A DNA stretch of 64,000 bases from Anaerolineae bacterium (GTDB lineage: Bacteria > Chloroflexota > Anaerolineae > Aggregatilineales > J027). The notes under the pieces were generated by a model, which ran no database searches, was not told where the DNA came from, and saw only the letters and a list, made by a program, of their open reading frames with translations. A program made the position numbers and the translations under genes. The DNA is taken from the NCBI GenBank assembly GCA_019913005.1, contig JAIOHL010000124.1, positions 31,107-95,106 on the forward strand, read 5' to 3'. This document shows positions 55,923 through 64,000 of this stretch, piece after piece (within the stretch, counting starts at the first letter, position 1; each line of letters begins with the position of its first letter).

Positions 55923-57341
55923 CTAGGCCACAATGAGTTTCTTCAACTCGGCAATCAATTTTTTGGGACTACCTGTCAGAACGGGCAATCCCATATCTTT
56001 TAGGCGTGTGCGAAACCAATCGTTCACACTGGCATAACCAGAACTATTGACCGACCCGACTGGGATAAAATGCACTTTGCTTTCTTTGAGAGTACGAATG
56101 GTATCGAGCAATTCCTGATTGCTACCCCCTTCATAAAAATCAGTGATGAGGACGAGAGCTGTTCGGCGGGGATCTTGGATTTTTTCGGTGGCTTGCTGTA
56201 GGGCATATCGAATATGCGTGCCACCGCCTAATTGGGTTCGCATCAAGACTTCAAATGGATCACCAACCCAAGGAGTAAGGTCAAGCACCCGTGTATCAAA
56301 GGCGATGAGATGGACATCTACATCCGGCAGTCCGGAAAATATCGAAGCGAGGATGGTACACTGCACCATCGCATCCACCATTGAACCCGATTGATCCACC
56401 ACCACAATGAGGCGAGTGGGTAGCCTTTTACGTCCGGTATGTTTGTAATACAGGCGATCCACATAGAGTCGCTTATCTTCTTCATTCCAGTTAGTCAGGT
56501 TTTTCCAAATGGTACGCTTAAGGTCAAGATTGCGAAAAACCCGTTTGGGAGGAACAGACCGATCAATTTTGCCAGATGGGGTTTGCTTGACCTGTAGTCG
56601 GAGTACCTCGGCCAGTTCATCCACATATTGACGAATGAGGCGTTTGGCATTTTTCAGAGCGTTGCCGGAAAGATTAGCTTTATCACGTAAAAGCTGTTCG
56701 ACGAGTGCCATTGAAGGCTGCATTTGAGCAGCAAGGCGATTATCTTGCAGCAGTTCGCGCAGGGCCATGCGTTTGATGAGGTCATTTTCGAGACCTTTAA
56801 TTGCCCGCTGAATTTCTTCTAGGGGGATATTGAACCCACTCCCGATACCCATGCCTGCCCCGCCACCCCCAGCAGCCATAACGGAGTCACCACCCGCCCC
56901 GTTACCCTGACCTTTCCCAGTACCGGGTAAAGGGGCGTTCCCACGCAGCGACCCGCGTGGACAATTTAAGGCCCGTTCGAGGTGTTCGACATCTTTTAAC
57001 CACTGGGCATATTGATTGGCGGTGCAGAGATTGGTTTGGGTATTGGGGCCAAACGCATTCAATAACAGCTTGGAAAAAATCAGTCCTCGCCGCAGTGTAG
57101 CCGTTTCGGGTTCTTCCGGGGGAATTTCGAGGGTAAATTCGGTTTCCAGTTCGGGATAATGATGTAACAGCGTATCAATGCTAATGTGTGGGTCAAGGAT
57201 GTACTCCGGTAAGTCAACTTCACGGGTAATTGCAAGGGCCATCGTCTCAAAATTCCCTGCTTGTTCGGTATAACCAAACATAGCCGACAGCAAACGCCAG
57301 TAGACCACTTGGCGACGGTGAACAATAGGCGATGACAGCAT
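55923..57341 (-). CDS. VWA (CoxE/YehP-like) domain protein
   Basis: MIDAS motif VDQSGSM, GGTHI and LITDFYE; Gly-rich linker. Alternative GTG start at 57377. Confidence 0.88.
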   Translation of the reverse strand: MLSSPIVHRRQVVYWRLLSAMFGYTEQAGNFETMALAITREVDLPEYILDPHISIDTLLHHYPELETEFTLEIPPEEPETATLRRGLIFSKLLLNAFGPNTQTNLCTANQYAQWLKDVEHLERALNCPRGSLRGNAPLPGTGKGQGNGAGGDSVMAAGGGGAGMGIGSGFNIPLEEIQRAIKGLENDLIKRMALRELLQDNRLAAQMQPSMALVEQLLRDKANLSGNALKNAKRLIRQYVDELAEVLRLQVKQTPSGKIDRSVPPKRVFRNLDLKRTIWKNLTNWNEEDKRLYVDRLYYKHTGRKRLPTRLIVVVDQSGSMVDAMVQCTILASIFSGLPDVDVHLIAFDTRVLDLTPWVGDPFEVLMRTQLGGGTHIRYALQQATEKIQDPRRTALVLITDFYEGGSNQELLDTIRTLKESKVHFIPVGSVNSSGYASVNDWFRTRLKDMGLPVLTGSPKKLIAELKKLIVA

Positions 57342-57351
57342 CAGGGTTGGC

Positions 57352-58683
57352 TCACTTTCGCAACAGACGGCTGGCACGCTCTTGTAAAATGGATACGGTG
57401 CTGGTCTTAGGCGGTTTCCTTAATAATTCCACCCCTGCCCGACCCGCGAACTCAAATTTTCCAGCAGGGTTATTCGTCAGCAACGGTTGAATTGACCATT
57501 CACCTACATCGTAGTGGAGTAATCCCAAAAGCGATGTCGTTCCGGTAAGTTCTTCGGCGGTCAATCCGGCGCGGCGTGAATCTAGAGCTAATGCTACGCC
57601 CTCTTTGAGATACAGGTGACTATCTTGAATGGTGTAATTGGTTAGGGCTATCGGTTCGGCCAGTTGGACGGGATGGCGTTCTATGGGAGGCACGGGCGAC
57701 ACAAATAGAGCTTGCCCAATACCACAGTATGCTAAGGCAATATCGAGCGGCTTAAATCTTTTCCCCGACTCAATCGCATTGGCATCCCACAAAAAATCGC
57801 CATAGGGCAGCATCGGCATATCGCGCAAATTCATGGCTTTGCCCTGCAAAAGATGTTCAAGTAGCGGTTGTGCTTGGGGGAACATCAGCCATAGTTCATT
57901 GCCTTGTATGGCGGTGGCTTTAAAAGATGACCACGTTTGGCGCACCCATTGCGCAACGTCATCCTGCTTTAAGACCCCGTAGATCATAAGGCTGACAAAA
58001 CGCGAATGTTGGCGTAGCTCAACACCGAGGGGATAGAGCGTTCCACTCGCTGGAATAGGGGGCGGAGGGTCAGCCAAACCAACCGCATCTAACATGGCGC
58101 GACTCCATAAGTCCACCCAACGCAGTAATGGGACGTCAGTGGTGGATTTGACTGGGAGGGCGGTGATAAGTTCATGGAAAAAACCTGTCAACAAGGCGGC
58201 ATGAGAAACGGTTGCAGGATTAGCACGCAATTGGGTTAGTGTTGAATAAAATGACGTAACCGCCTCACGTTCAAGACGTGCAAAACCAGCAATCGCCAAC
58301 TCCATCAACCATTCGCGGGTGCTGTCGAGCAGGGGGTCAGTTTGAGTGGGTGCTATGGGCAAGTGATCGGTTGGGGTGGTCGCTGATCGCCCTAAAGCCG
58401 TCAGTGCGTAATGACGCAGTAGATCATAAAGTGTCCCTTGTAGGGAGCTACGGGCCGCTGCAAGGGTGACAAAGTGGCCCTCGATAAACGTGTTTTGGGC
58501 CATCGCCTGTACGCTGGTTTGAAGGCGGGGATAGAGAGGTGTACCGTCGAATAGGGCTGGTAAAGCCGCCAATATTTCATGCTGTCCGCCAACAAACCCG
58601 TGCAAAAAACAGGCATCCAAGTCGGCTATGGTGGTTTGAATTGCTTTCACGCCATTCAGCTCCATGTTCAGATTTTCCAGCAT
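57352..58683 (-). CDS. Uncharacterised protein of the SWIM/VWA/MoxR operon
   Basis: 443-aa ORF tightly packed between the SWIM-like and VWA genes; helical N-half and beta-rich C-half. Confidence 0.7.
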   Translation of the reverse strand: MLENLNMELNGVKAIQTTIADLDACFLHGFVGGQHEILAALPALFDGTPLYPRLQTSVQAMAQNTFIEGHFVTLAAARSSLQGTLYDLLRHYALTALGRSATTPTDHLPIAPTQTDPLLDSTREWLMELAIAGFARLEREAVTSFYSTLTQLRANPATVSHAALLTGFFHELITALPVKSTTDVPLLRWVDLWSRAMLDAVGLADPPPPIPASGTLYPLGVELRQHSRFVSLMIYGVLKQDDVAQWVRQTWSSFKATAIQGNELWLMFPQAQPLLEHLLQGKAMNLRDMPMLPYGDFLWDANAIESGKRFKPLDIALAYCGIGQALFVSPVPPIERHPVQLAEPIALTNYTIQDSHLYLKEGVALALDSRRAGLTAEELTGTTSLLGLLHYDVGEWSIQPLLTNNPAGKFEFAGRAGVELLRKPPKTSTVSILQERASRLLRK

Positions 58684-58692
58684 ATCGCCGCC

Positions 58693-59160
58693 CTATCCAT
58701 TGAACCACGTCATGGTGGTGAGGGGCTTATCACTGCTTGGAAGCTCTAATAATTCAAGGTCGCCCAGAAAACGACTGAAGATTTCGCCCGCATATAGACC
58801 TGTATTATTTCCAGCGCCAGCTAGGATTTTGCGGATCGAGTCTACTTGGGTGGTATCTATGCGTAAAAAACGACCCACCGCATCAAAGCCAAATTGGATA
58901 ATGGCCTCGCTCAATAATGCCTCAAGATGACCGCAAGGTGCGCCACGCAGACCACCACAGGGACGGTTATTATTCGTGCTGCAACAATAATCAAGGCTAC
59001 CGGCTTCAAAATAGGAGACGTAGACCCGCTCAACATCGGAACCGCTAGATACAATCCCTTGAAGGCGGTTCTCAAAGAGTTCAAGGAAGGGAACTTTTTT
59101 TACATCACGTTTTTCAGTGGAGGTATACACTCGCATGTCTAACAGTGAGGATTGGGGCAT
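58693..59160 (-). CDS. SWIM-like zinc-finger protein
   Basis: YCCSTNNNRPCGGLRGAPCGHL Cys/Cys/Cys/His cluster preceded by QGIVSSGSD...Y; first gene of the operon. Confidence 0.7.
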   Translation of the reverse strand: MPQSSLLDMRVYTSTEKRDVKKVPFLELFENRLQGIVSSGSDVERVYVSYFEAGSLDYCCSTNNNRPCGGLRGAPCGHLEALLSEAIIQFGFDAVGRFLRIDTTQVDSIRKILAGAGNNTGLYAGEIFSRFLGDLELLELPSSDKPLTTMTWFNG

Positions 59161-59312
59161 CTTGTTTTGTCCTCAGAATAGATAGAGCAAGGGTAATAAA
59201 GCGCTACGTTGAATCTGTTTATTGGAACTGATGTTCTCATTAAATCAGAAATTGGTATTGGGGTCAAGTCACCTCCGCCCTCAGGCCAGCCTCGAAAATT
59301 TCTTGACTGCCA

Positions 59313-60095
59313 TTATTTTACGACAGGATTCACAAGTGCTGCTTCACATAGTTCAAACGCCGATTGCAACGAGTCAAGTGCGTTGTGTTTAGGAAAAAAT
59401 TCGTGCCCGATATACCCCATGTGTCCTGTTTCACCAATCGCACGGAACACCGCTGGATAATAAATCTCTTGGTCATCGTCCAAATCATGGCGGCCCGGGT
59501 TACCCGCCGTGTGATAATGGCCGAAATAGGCATGATGCTCTCGAATAGTATGGATAAGGTCGCCTTCCATGATTTGCATATGGAAGATGTCGTACAGCAA
59601 TCGAACATGCGGCGAATTGACCATCCGGCAGACTTTAACACCCCATGCGGAGTTGTCAGCCTGATAATCACGTCCCGGCACTTTGCTGTTGAGCAATTCC
59701 ATCACCAACGTTACGTCCGTATTTGCGAAATGTGGGGCAAGGCGGCTCAGATTTTGGGCGGCGATTTCAGCAGCTACCGCTTGATCAATGCCATAACGAT
59801 TGCCGCTAAAACACAAGATATATGGGATGCCCCATTCTATAGCCTTTTCTAATGCAGCCAAAATGCTTTTCTCAATAGATACGAAATGACCGGGATGATT
59901 GATGCCTTCGGGAGCAAGGGCATGACCGTTGGTGGAAACAATCCGTAGGCCATAGTCACGGATCATCGGCCAATAGTTGGAGTCCACCAACTCTATTCCT
60001 GCAAACCCGATTTCGGCTGCCCCTTTAATTAATGCTTCAGGATCAATGCCTGTCCGCGCAAATCCGTCCCACGAAAATGATTGTTGAATGGTCAT
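59313..60095 (-). CDS. Hydroxypyruvate isomerase / AP-endonuclease-2 family TIM-barrel sugar isomerase
   Basis: GFAGIEL, LVMELLNS, LLYDIFHMQIMEGD, GHYHTAGNPGRH and GHEF motifs. Confidence 0.85.
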   Translation of the reverse strand: MTIQQSFSWDGFARTGIDPEALIKGAAEIGFAGIELVDSNYWPMIRDYGLRIVSTNGHALAPEGINHPGHFVSIEKSILAALEKAIEWGIPYILCFSGNRYGIDQAVAAEIAAQNLSRLAPHFANTDVTLVMELLNSKVPGRDYQADNSAWGVKVCRMVNSPHVRLLYDIFHMQIMEGDLIHTIREHHAYFGHYHTAGNPGRHDLDDDQEIYYPAVFRAIGETGHMGYIGHEFFPKHNALDSLQSAFELCEAALVNPVVK

Positions 60096-60102
60096 GGGGT
60101 GG

Positions 60103-61137
60103 CTACTTTCGCTGTTTTATGGTGTTAGTGGCATAACGATAAATGAGTTCGGGTTGCGCATTTTGCATCCGTTGTGGAGGTAAGCCCTGCAAGATAGCTT
60201 CGAGGTCATCTACCACCATTTGTCCAATTTCATGACAGCCTTCAATCGTTGGGCCAGCTTTGTGGGGTGATAGAATCGCCGACTCAGCACTTCGCAAGGG
60301 GTGATTCGCCTCCAATGGCTCAGTCGGGAACACGTCAATCGCCACTTTAAAACGTCCTTCGGCCACCATCTCTGTCAAGGCATCAAAATCTACCACATGA
60401 GCCCGACTGACTAATACCAAAACTGCTCCCGGCTGAATCAGGGCAAGTTTCTCACGCGAGAGTAACGCACGGTTTTCGTGACTGGGAGCCGCAAGGACAA
60501 AAATCACTTTGGAGGTGGTCAATAATTCATCGAATTCAACAGGTGTCACCCCTCGGCTACGTAAATAGCCCGACCCTAGCCATGGGTCATAGACGCTGAT
60601 ATTCACCCCGAACGGCATCAGTAGCGGGTGAAGGGCTTGTGCGATACTGCCGTAGCCAATAAAACCCACTGGTTTACCATAGAGCATAAATGCTTCTGTA
60701 TTGCCCGCGTGTAGCCAGCGCTCATTGCCCCGGCGCATTTCTCGATCACTTACCACAATGTCGCGTCCCGCCGCAAGCGCCATCGCCATTGCCATTTCTG
60801 CAACGGAGCGGGCAAAAGCCGGAGCCGCCGACAGTACACGAATACTGCGCCCAAAACACTCCTCATAATCAATTTGGCGGGGAAATCCTCCCGAAACCGT
60901 CAGCACAGCACGTAGCTTTGTGGCATTTTTTAGCGCTTCTGGGCCATAGCGCCAATCGGCACAGACCACTGCTTCGGCTTGGGGAATTGCCGCCGCAAAT
61001 TCGTCCATAGGCATGGGGTCATCTTGGGCCCACAGGACGGTGGCTAGTTGATGCAGTCGAGCTAAATCCGTATCCTCAAAAATTTCGTGCATGGTGCGAA
61101 AGTGGGGGTCAATAATTACCACAGGTTTTGTAGCCAT
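60103..61137 (-). CDS. D-isomer-specific 2-hydroxyacid dehydrogenase family protein
   Basis: GFIGYGSIA, YDPW, VSRA, DVFPTEP and SPHKAG motifs. Confidence 0.88.
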   Translation of the reverse strand: MATKPVVIIDPHFRTMHEIFEDTDLARLHQLATVLWAQDDPMPMDEFAAAIPQAEAVVCADWRYGPEALKNATKLRAVLTVSGGFPRQIDYEECFGRSIRVLSAAPAFARSVAEMAMAMALAAGRDIVVSDREMRRGNERWLHAGNTEAFMLYGKPVGFIGYGSIAQALHPLLMPFGVNISVYDPWLGSGYLRSRGVTPVEFDELLTTSKVIFVLAAPSHENRALLSREKLALIQPGAVLVLVSRAHVVDFDALTEMVAEGRFKVAIDVFPTEPLEANHPLRSAESAILSPHKAGPTIEGCHEIGQMVVDDLEAILQGLPPQRMQNAQPELIYRYATNTIKQRK

Positions 61138-61160
61138 CTTTATCATCCCAAATAATTTTC

Positions 61161-61189
61161 TTGACATCCGAAACGTTTCGGGTTAGATT
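61161..61189 (+). promoter_or_regulatory. sigma70-type promoter of the LacI gene and ABC operon
   Basis: TTGACA-N17-TAGATT. Confidence 0.75.
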
Positions 61190-61214
61190 TTACACAAAAT
61201 CCGAAACGTTTTCA
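61168..61214. promoter_or_regulatory. Two LacI-family operators
   Basis: Palindrome CCGAAACGTTTCGG (61168-61181) inside the promoter spacer, and a second site CCGAAACGTTTTCA (61201-61214). Confidence 0.8.
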
Positions 61215-61237
61215 CTTATTATTTTAAAGAATTCGTT

Positions 61238-62266
61238 ATGGGCGCTACACTAAAAGATATTGCCGAGAAATCGGGATATTCAGTCACAACGGTATCAAGA
61301 GCCTTAAGTGGTTACGATGATGTCAATGAGCAAACGCGCCAGCACATCATCAGTGTAGCAAATTCACTTGGATACGAACCGAACCTCCCCGCCCGACACC
61401 TACGCGGACTCAGTACCCAGACTATCGGAATGGTCATCCCGGCCAACGATCAAACATTTTCGGCCCATGATTTTTTTAGTCAATTGCTCACCGGCGTTGG
61501 GGATGCCGCATCCCGCGAACGGTATGACTTGCTAATCAGCACCCAAATCCCCGGTGAGGAAGAAATGGCAGCCTATCGCCGGATGGTACGTGGCAATCGG
61601 GTAGACGGAATGGTTTTAGCACGCACCCGTCAACATGACCCGCGCATCGCTTATTTACAGGAACAGGGCCATCCCTTTGTCGTATCAGGTCGTAGCGCAC
61701 CGGGCGAACCAAACGACTACCCCTTCATTGATGTGGATAGTCAGGCGGGATTGAGAATATTGACCGAGTTTTTGATTGAATTAGGCCATCGGCGCATAGG
61801 CCTCATTTTGCCACCAGAGGATATTGCCTATACCGACTATCGGCACAACGGCTATCGAGAAGGATTGGCGCATGGGGGGCTTGAATATCAGGCCGATTAC
61901 GTCGTGTATGGGGATTTGCTGCGTTCCGGTGGCTATCGCGGCGCACAACGCCTGCTGGATACACATCCACTTTTGACGGCCATTATCGCCTGTAATGACC
62001 TCATGGCGTTGGGAACGATGAGCGCGATTCAAGGGCGTGGTTTACAGGTCGGGCCAGATGTTGCCGTAGCGGGATTTGATGACATCCCAGCGGCGGAATA
62101 TGCCCACCCCGCTCTGACAACGATCCAACAGCCGATTTATGAAATTGGGCAGCGGTTAGTACACATGTTATTGGCGATTGTTCGCGGGGAAGACCTCCCC
62201 GAATCTCAGATTTTGTTGCAACCCAAATTGGTTGTACGGGCATCGAGTGGCCCTAAGCTTACCTAA
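61238..62266 (+). CDS. LacI family transcriptional regulator
   Basis: TLKDIAEKSGYSVTTVSRAL HTH, LGYEPN, IIACNDLMALG and GFDDIP motifs. Confidence 0.96.
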   Translation: MGATLKDIAEKSGYSVTTVSRALSGYDDVNEQTRQHIISVANSLGYEPNLPARHLRGLSTQTIGMVIPANDQTFSAHDFFSQLLTGVGDAASRERYDLLISTQIPGEEEMAAYRRMVRGNRVDGMVLARTRQHDPRIAYLQEQGHPFVVSGRSAPGEPNDYPFIDVDSQAGLRILTEFLIELGHRRIGLILPPEDIAYTDYRHNGYREGLAHGGLEYQADYVVYGDLLRSGGYRGAQRLLDTHPLLTAIIACNDLMALGTMSAIQGRGLQVGPDVAVAGFDDIPAAEYAHPALTTIQQPIYEIGQRLVHMLLAIVRGEDLPESQILLQPKLVVRASSGPKLT

Positions 62267-62395
62267 AAAAGAAGGAGGTGCATCATTAGCCCCCACGCCT
62301 TTTAGCAGTTTCAAGGCAGGCCAAAAGGAATGAGGGCCAACAGCAAAAAAACAGACCCGTAATCTTAGCAAGAGTTAGAGGAGATAAATAGGATC

Positions 62396-63694
62396 ATGTT
62401 TAAGGCAACCCGTCATCTGATTATTTTGCTCGTGGTAATGTCGTTCATTGGTGGAGCAATCGCCACCGCGCAGGACGACAACAAAGTGACCTTCATTTCC
62501 ACCCAATTTAATGTGGTTGAAGAAAGCGACAAAGCCCGTGCCATTTTCGAAGGGTTTGAAGATGGCACAGTTGAGTTTGTGCCCTCTGAAGAAGGCCCGG
62601 CTCTCGATTTATTGAAGGCTGAAGGGGAAACGGGCGAAGGTGTTAATGATGTGGTGGGAGCGCTGCATGGCACGTTCCCAACCCTCGTCACCAACGACCT
62701 GATGTTCGACCTGACTGACCTATTGGCTGAAATCGAAGCCGAATATGATGTCAATGACGATTTTGTAGCGCTTGGCAAGATGGGCACCGAGGATTATCAA
62801 TACTACATTCCTTGGATGCAGGCCACCTATACAATGGCGGCCCACCAAGACGCGCTGCAATATCTACCAGAGGGTGCAGACATCAACGCGCTGACATGGG
62901 AACAATTGGCGGCTTGGGCCAAGAATATGTACGATGCGACGGGCGAGGCCAAACTCGGCTTCCCGGTGGCAGGTCTGTTCCATCGCTTCCTTGAGGGCTA
63001 TGCGTGGCCTTCATTCACAGGTGGGATGGTCACACAGTTCAAGAGCCAAGCGGCGATAGATATGTTGGTATTCTTCCGTGACCAGTTGTGGCCCTATGTA
63101 AACCCCGAAAGCATCAACTATGACTTCATGAACGAACCCCTGTTGTCGGGTGAGGTATTGGTCGCGTTCGATCATGTGGCGCGTCTAAAACCCGCCTTTG
63201 ATGCCGAACCCGAAAACTTCGTTGCCTTCCCCGCTCCGGCTGGCCCAGCGGGACGTGGCTACATGCCGGTGGTAGTCGGGTTGGGAATTCCATTCACCAG
63301 CCCTAACCCCGACAGCGCTGAAGAATTCATCCGCTTCTTGCTATCGCCTGAAACCCAGAGCCAAATTCTAGCTGAACTTGGTTTCTACCCGGTGATTTCG
63401 GAAGTGGATATGACCAATCTGCCGGAAGGCGTGGCGATTCAGGCCGCCGCAGTGTTGGCCCAACAGAATTCCGAAGACGCCATTCCATCATTACTGCCCG
63501 TTGGTTTGGGTGATCGTGGCGGTGAGATCAATCAAATCTTCCGCGACGCCTTTACCCGCGTGGTCGTAGATGGCGAAGATGCGGCGACAGTGTTGGAAGA
63601 GCAGGGTGGCGTATTGCAAACCCTGATGACCGAAACAGGCGCAGCGTGCTGGGCACCCGATCCTGTTAGCGAAGGCCCCTGCCAAGTCGAGTAA
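62396..63694 (+). CDS. Carbohydrate ABC transporter substrate-binding protein
   Basis: Signal peptide, YYIPWMQATY, LTWEQL and FIRFLLSPETQ motifs; followed by a permease. Confidence 0.85.
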   Translation: MFKATRHLIILLVVMSFIGGAIATAQDDNKVTFISTQFNVVEESDKARAIFEGFEDGTVEFVPSEEGPALDLLKAEGETGEGVNDVVGALHGTFPTLVTNDLMFDLTDLLAEIEAEYDVNDDFVALGKMGTEDYQYYIPWMQATYTMAAHQDALQYLPEGADINALTWEQLAAWAKNMYDATGEAKLGFPVAGLFHRFLEGYAWPSFTGGMVTQFKSQAAIDMLVFFRDQLWPYVNPESINYDFMNEPLLSGEVLVAFDHVARLKPAFDAEPENFVAFPAPAGPAGRGYMPVVVGLGIPFTSPNPDSAEEFIRFLLSPETQSQILAELGFYPVISEVDMTNLPEGVAIQAAAVLAQQNSEDAIPSLLPVGLGDRGGEINQIFRDAFTRVVVDGEDAATVLEEQGGVLQTLMTETGAACWAPDPVSEGPCQVE

Positions 63695-63711
63695 TTTGAA
63701 TCCAATATCTT

Positions 63712-63740
63712 TACCCACTCCTTTTCGTCAGGGGTGGGTA
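63712..63740 (+). terminator. Hairpin between the binding-protein and permease genes
   Basis: TACCCACTCCT/AGGGGTGGGTA 11-bp stem with one G.U pair. Confidence 0.55.
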
Positions 63741-63783
63741 TCCCCCATATTTCCTTGTTTATACGTTCAGGGGGTTTGAATAG

Positions 63784-64000
63784 ATGAAAAAATTTAGCTG
63801 GACGCCCTACTTACTCTTATTGCCCTCGCTGTTGTATCTCGTCATATTTTTTGCCTATCCCATGTATGAGTCGTTTCGGCTGGCTTTCCAAAAAGACAGT
63901 GCAATTTTGAGCCTACGGGATGAGCCGGACGAGAACGCGGAACTTGGTGGGCAGGTCAAATTGCAGACCATCGTAACTATCTTGGATCGGCTGCAACTCG
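63784..64000 (+). CDS. Carbohydrate ABC permease (partial, runs off the right edge)
   Basis: Manual translation: MKKFSWTPYLLLLPSLLYLVIFFAYPMYESFRLAF..., a typical MalF-like first TM. Confidence 0.8.
   Translation, partial: MKKFSWTPYLLLLPSLLYLVIFFAYPMYESFRLAFQKDSAILSLRDEPDENAELGGQVKLQTIVTILDRLQL

Overview
Chromosomal window of about 45 CDS and one tRNA. The lineage is probably Chloroflexota, Anaerolineae-like; this is an inference from the GAF-rich kinases, XisH/XisI and the signal-peptide style. In order, the window holds: (1) a rearranged dcw fragment (ftsL-ftsI-mraY-membrane protein-murD); (2) an orphan tandem-SLATT/DUF4231 protein; (3) rpsB-tsf-pyrH without frr; (4) a ~17.5-kb signalling cluster on the minus strand (9461-26898); (5) transglutaminase and surface proteins, then tRNA-fMet; (6) asnS, lipA, orphan xisH/xisI, hom and a divergent G1PDH-like gene; (7) a branched-chain amino-acid ABC transporter whose binding protein is fused to a fasciclin domain; (8) a five-gene SWIM-like/unknown/VWA/MoxR/DUF5682 (yeh-like) operon; (9) a LacI-controlled sugar uptake and catabolism island. 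The best candidate for an undescribed system is the signalling cluster. It has two single-domain receivers, three kinase-less GAF proteins (two of which mirror the sensory half of a 2468-aa hybrid kinase), a receiver-kinase and an EamA exporter. It has no DNA-binding output. Its only enzymatic output is a threonine-synthase-like PLP enzyme fused to an intact receiver domain, which appears to have lost the residues that bind the substrate phosphate. No CRISPR array, rRNA, transposase or integrase was recognised. All family calls come from motif recognition by eye; no database search was run.
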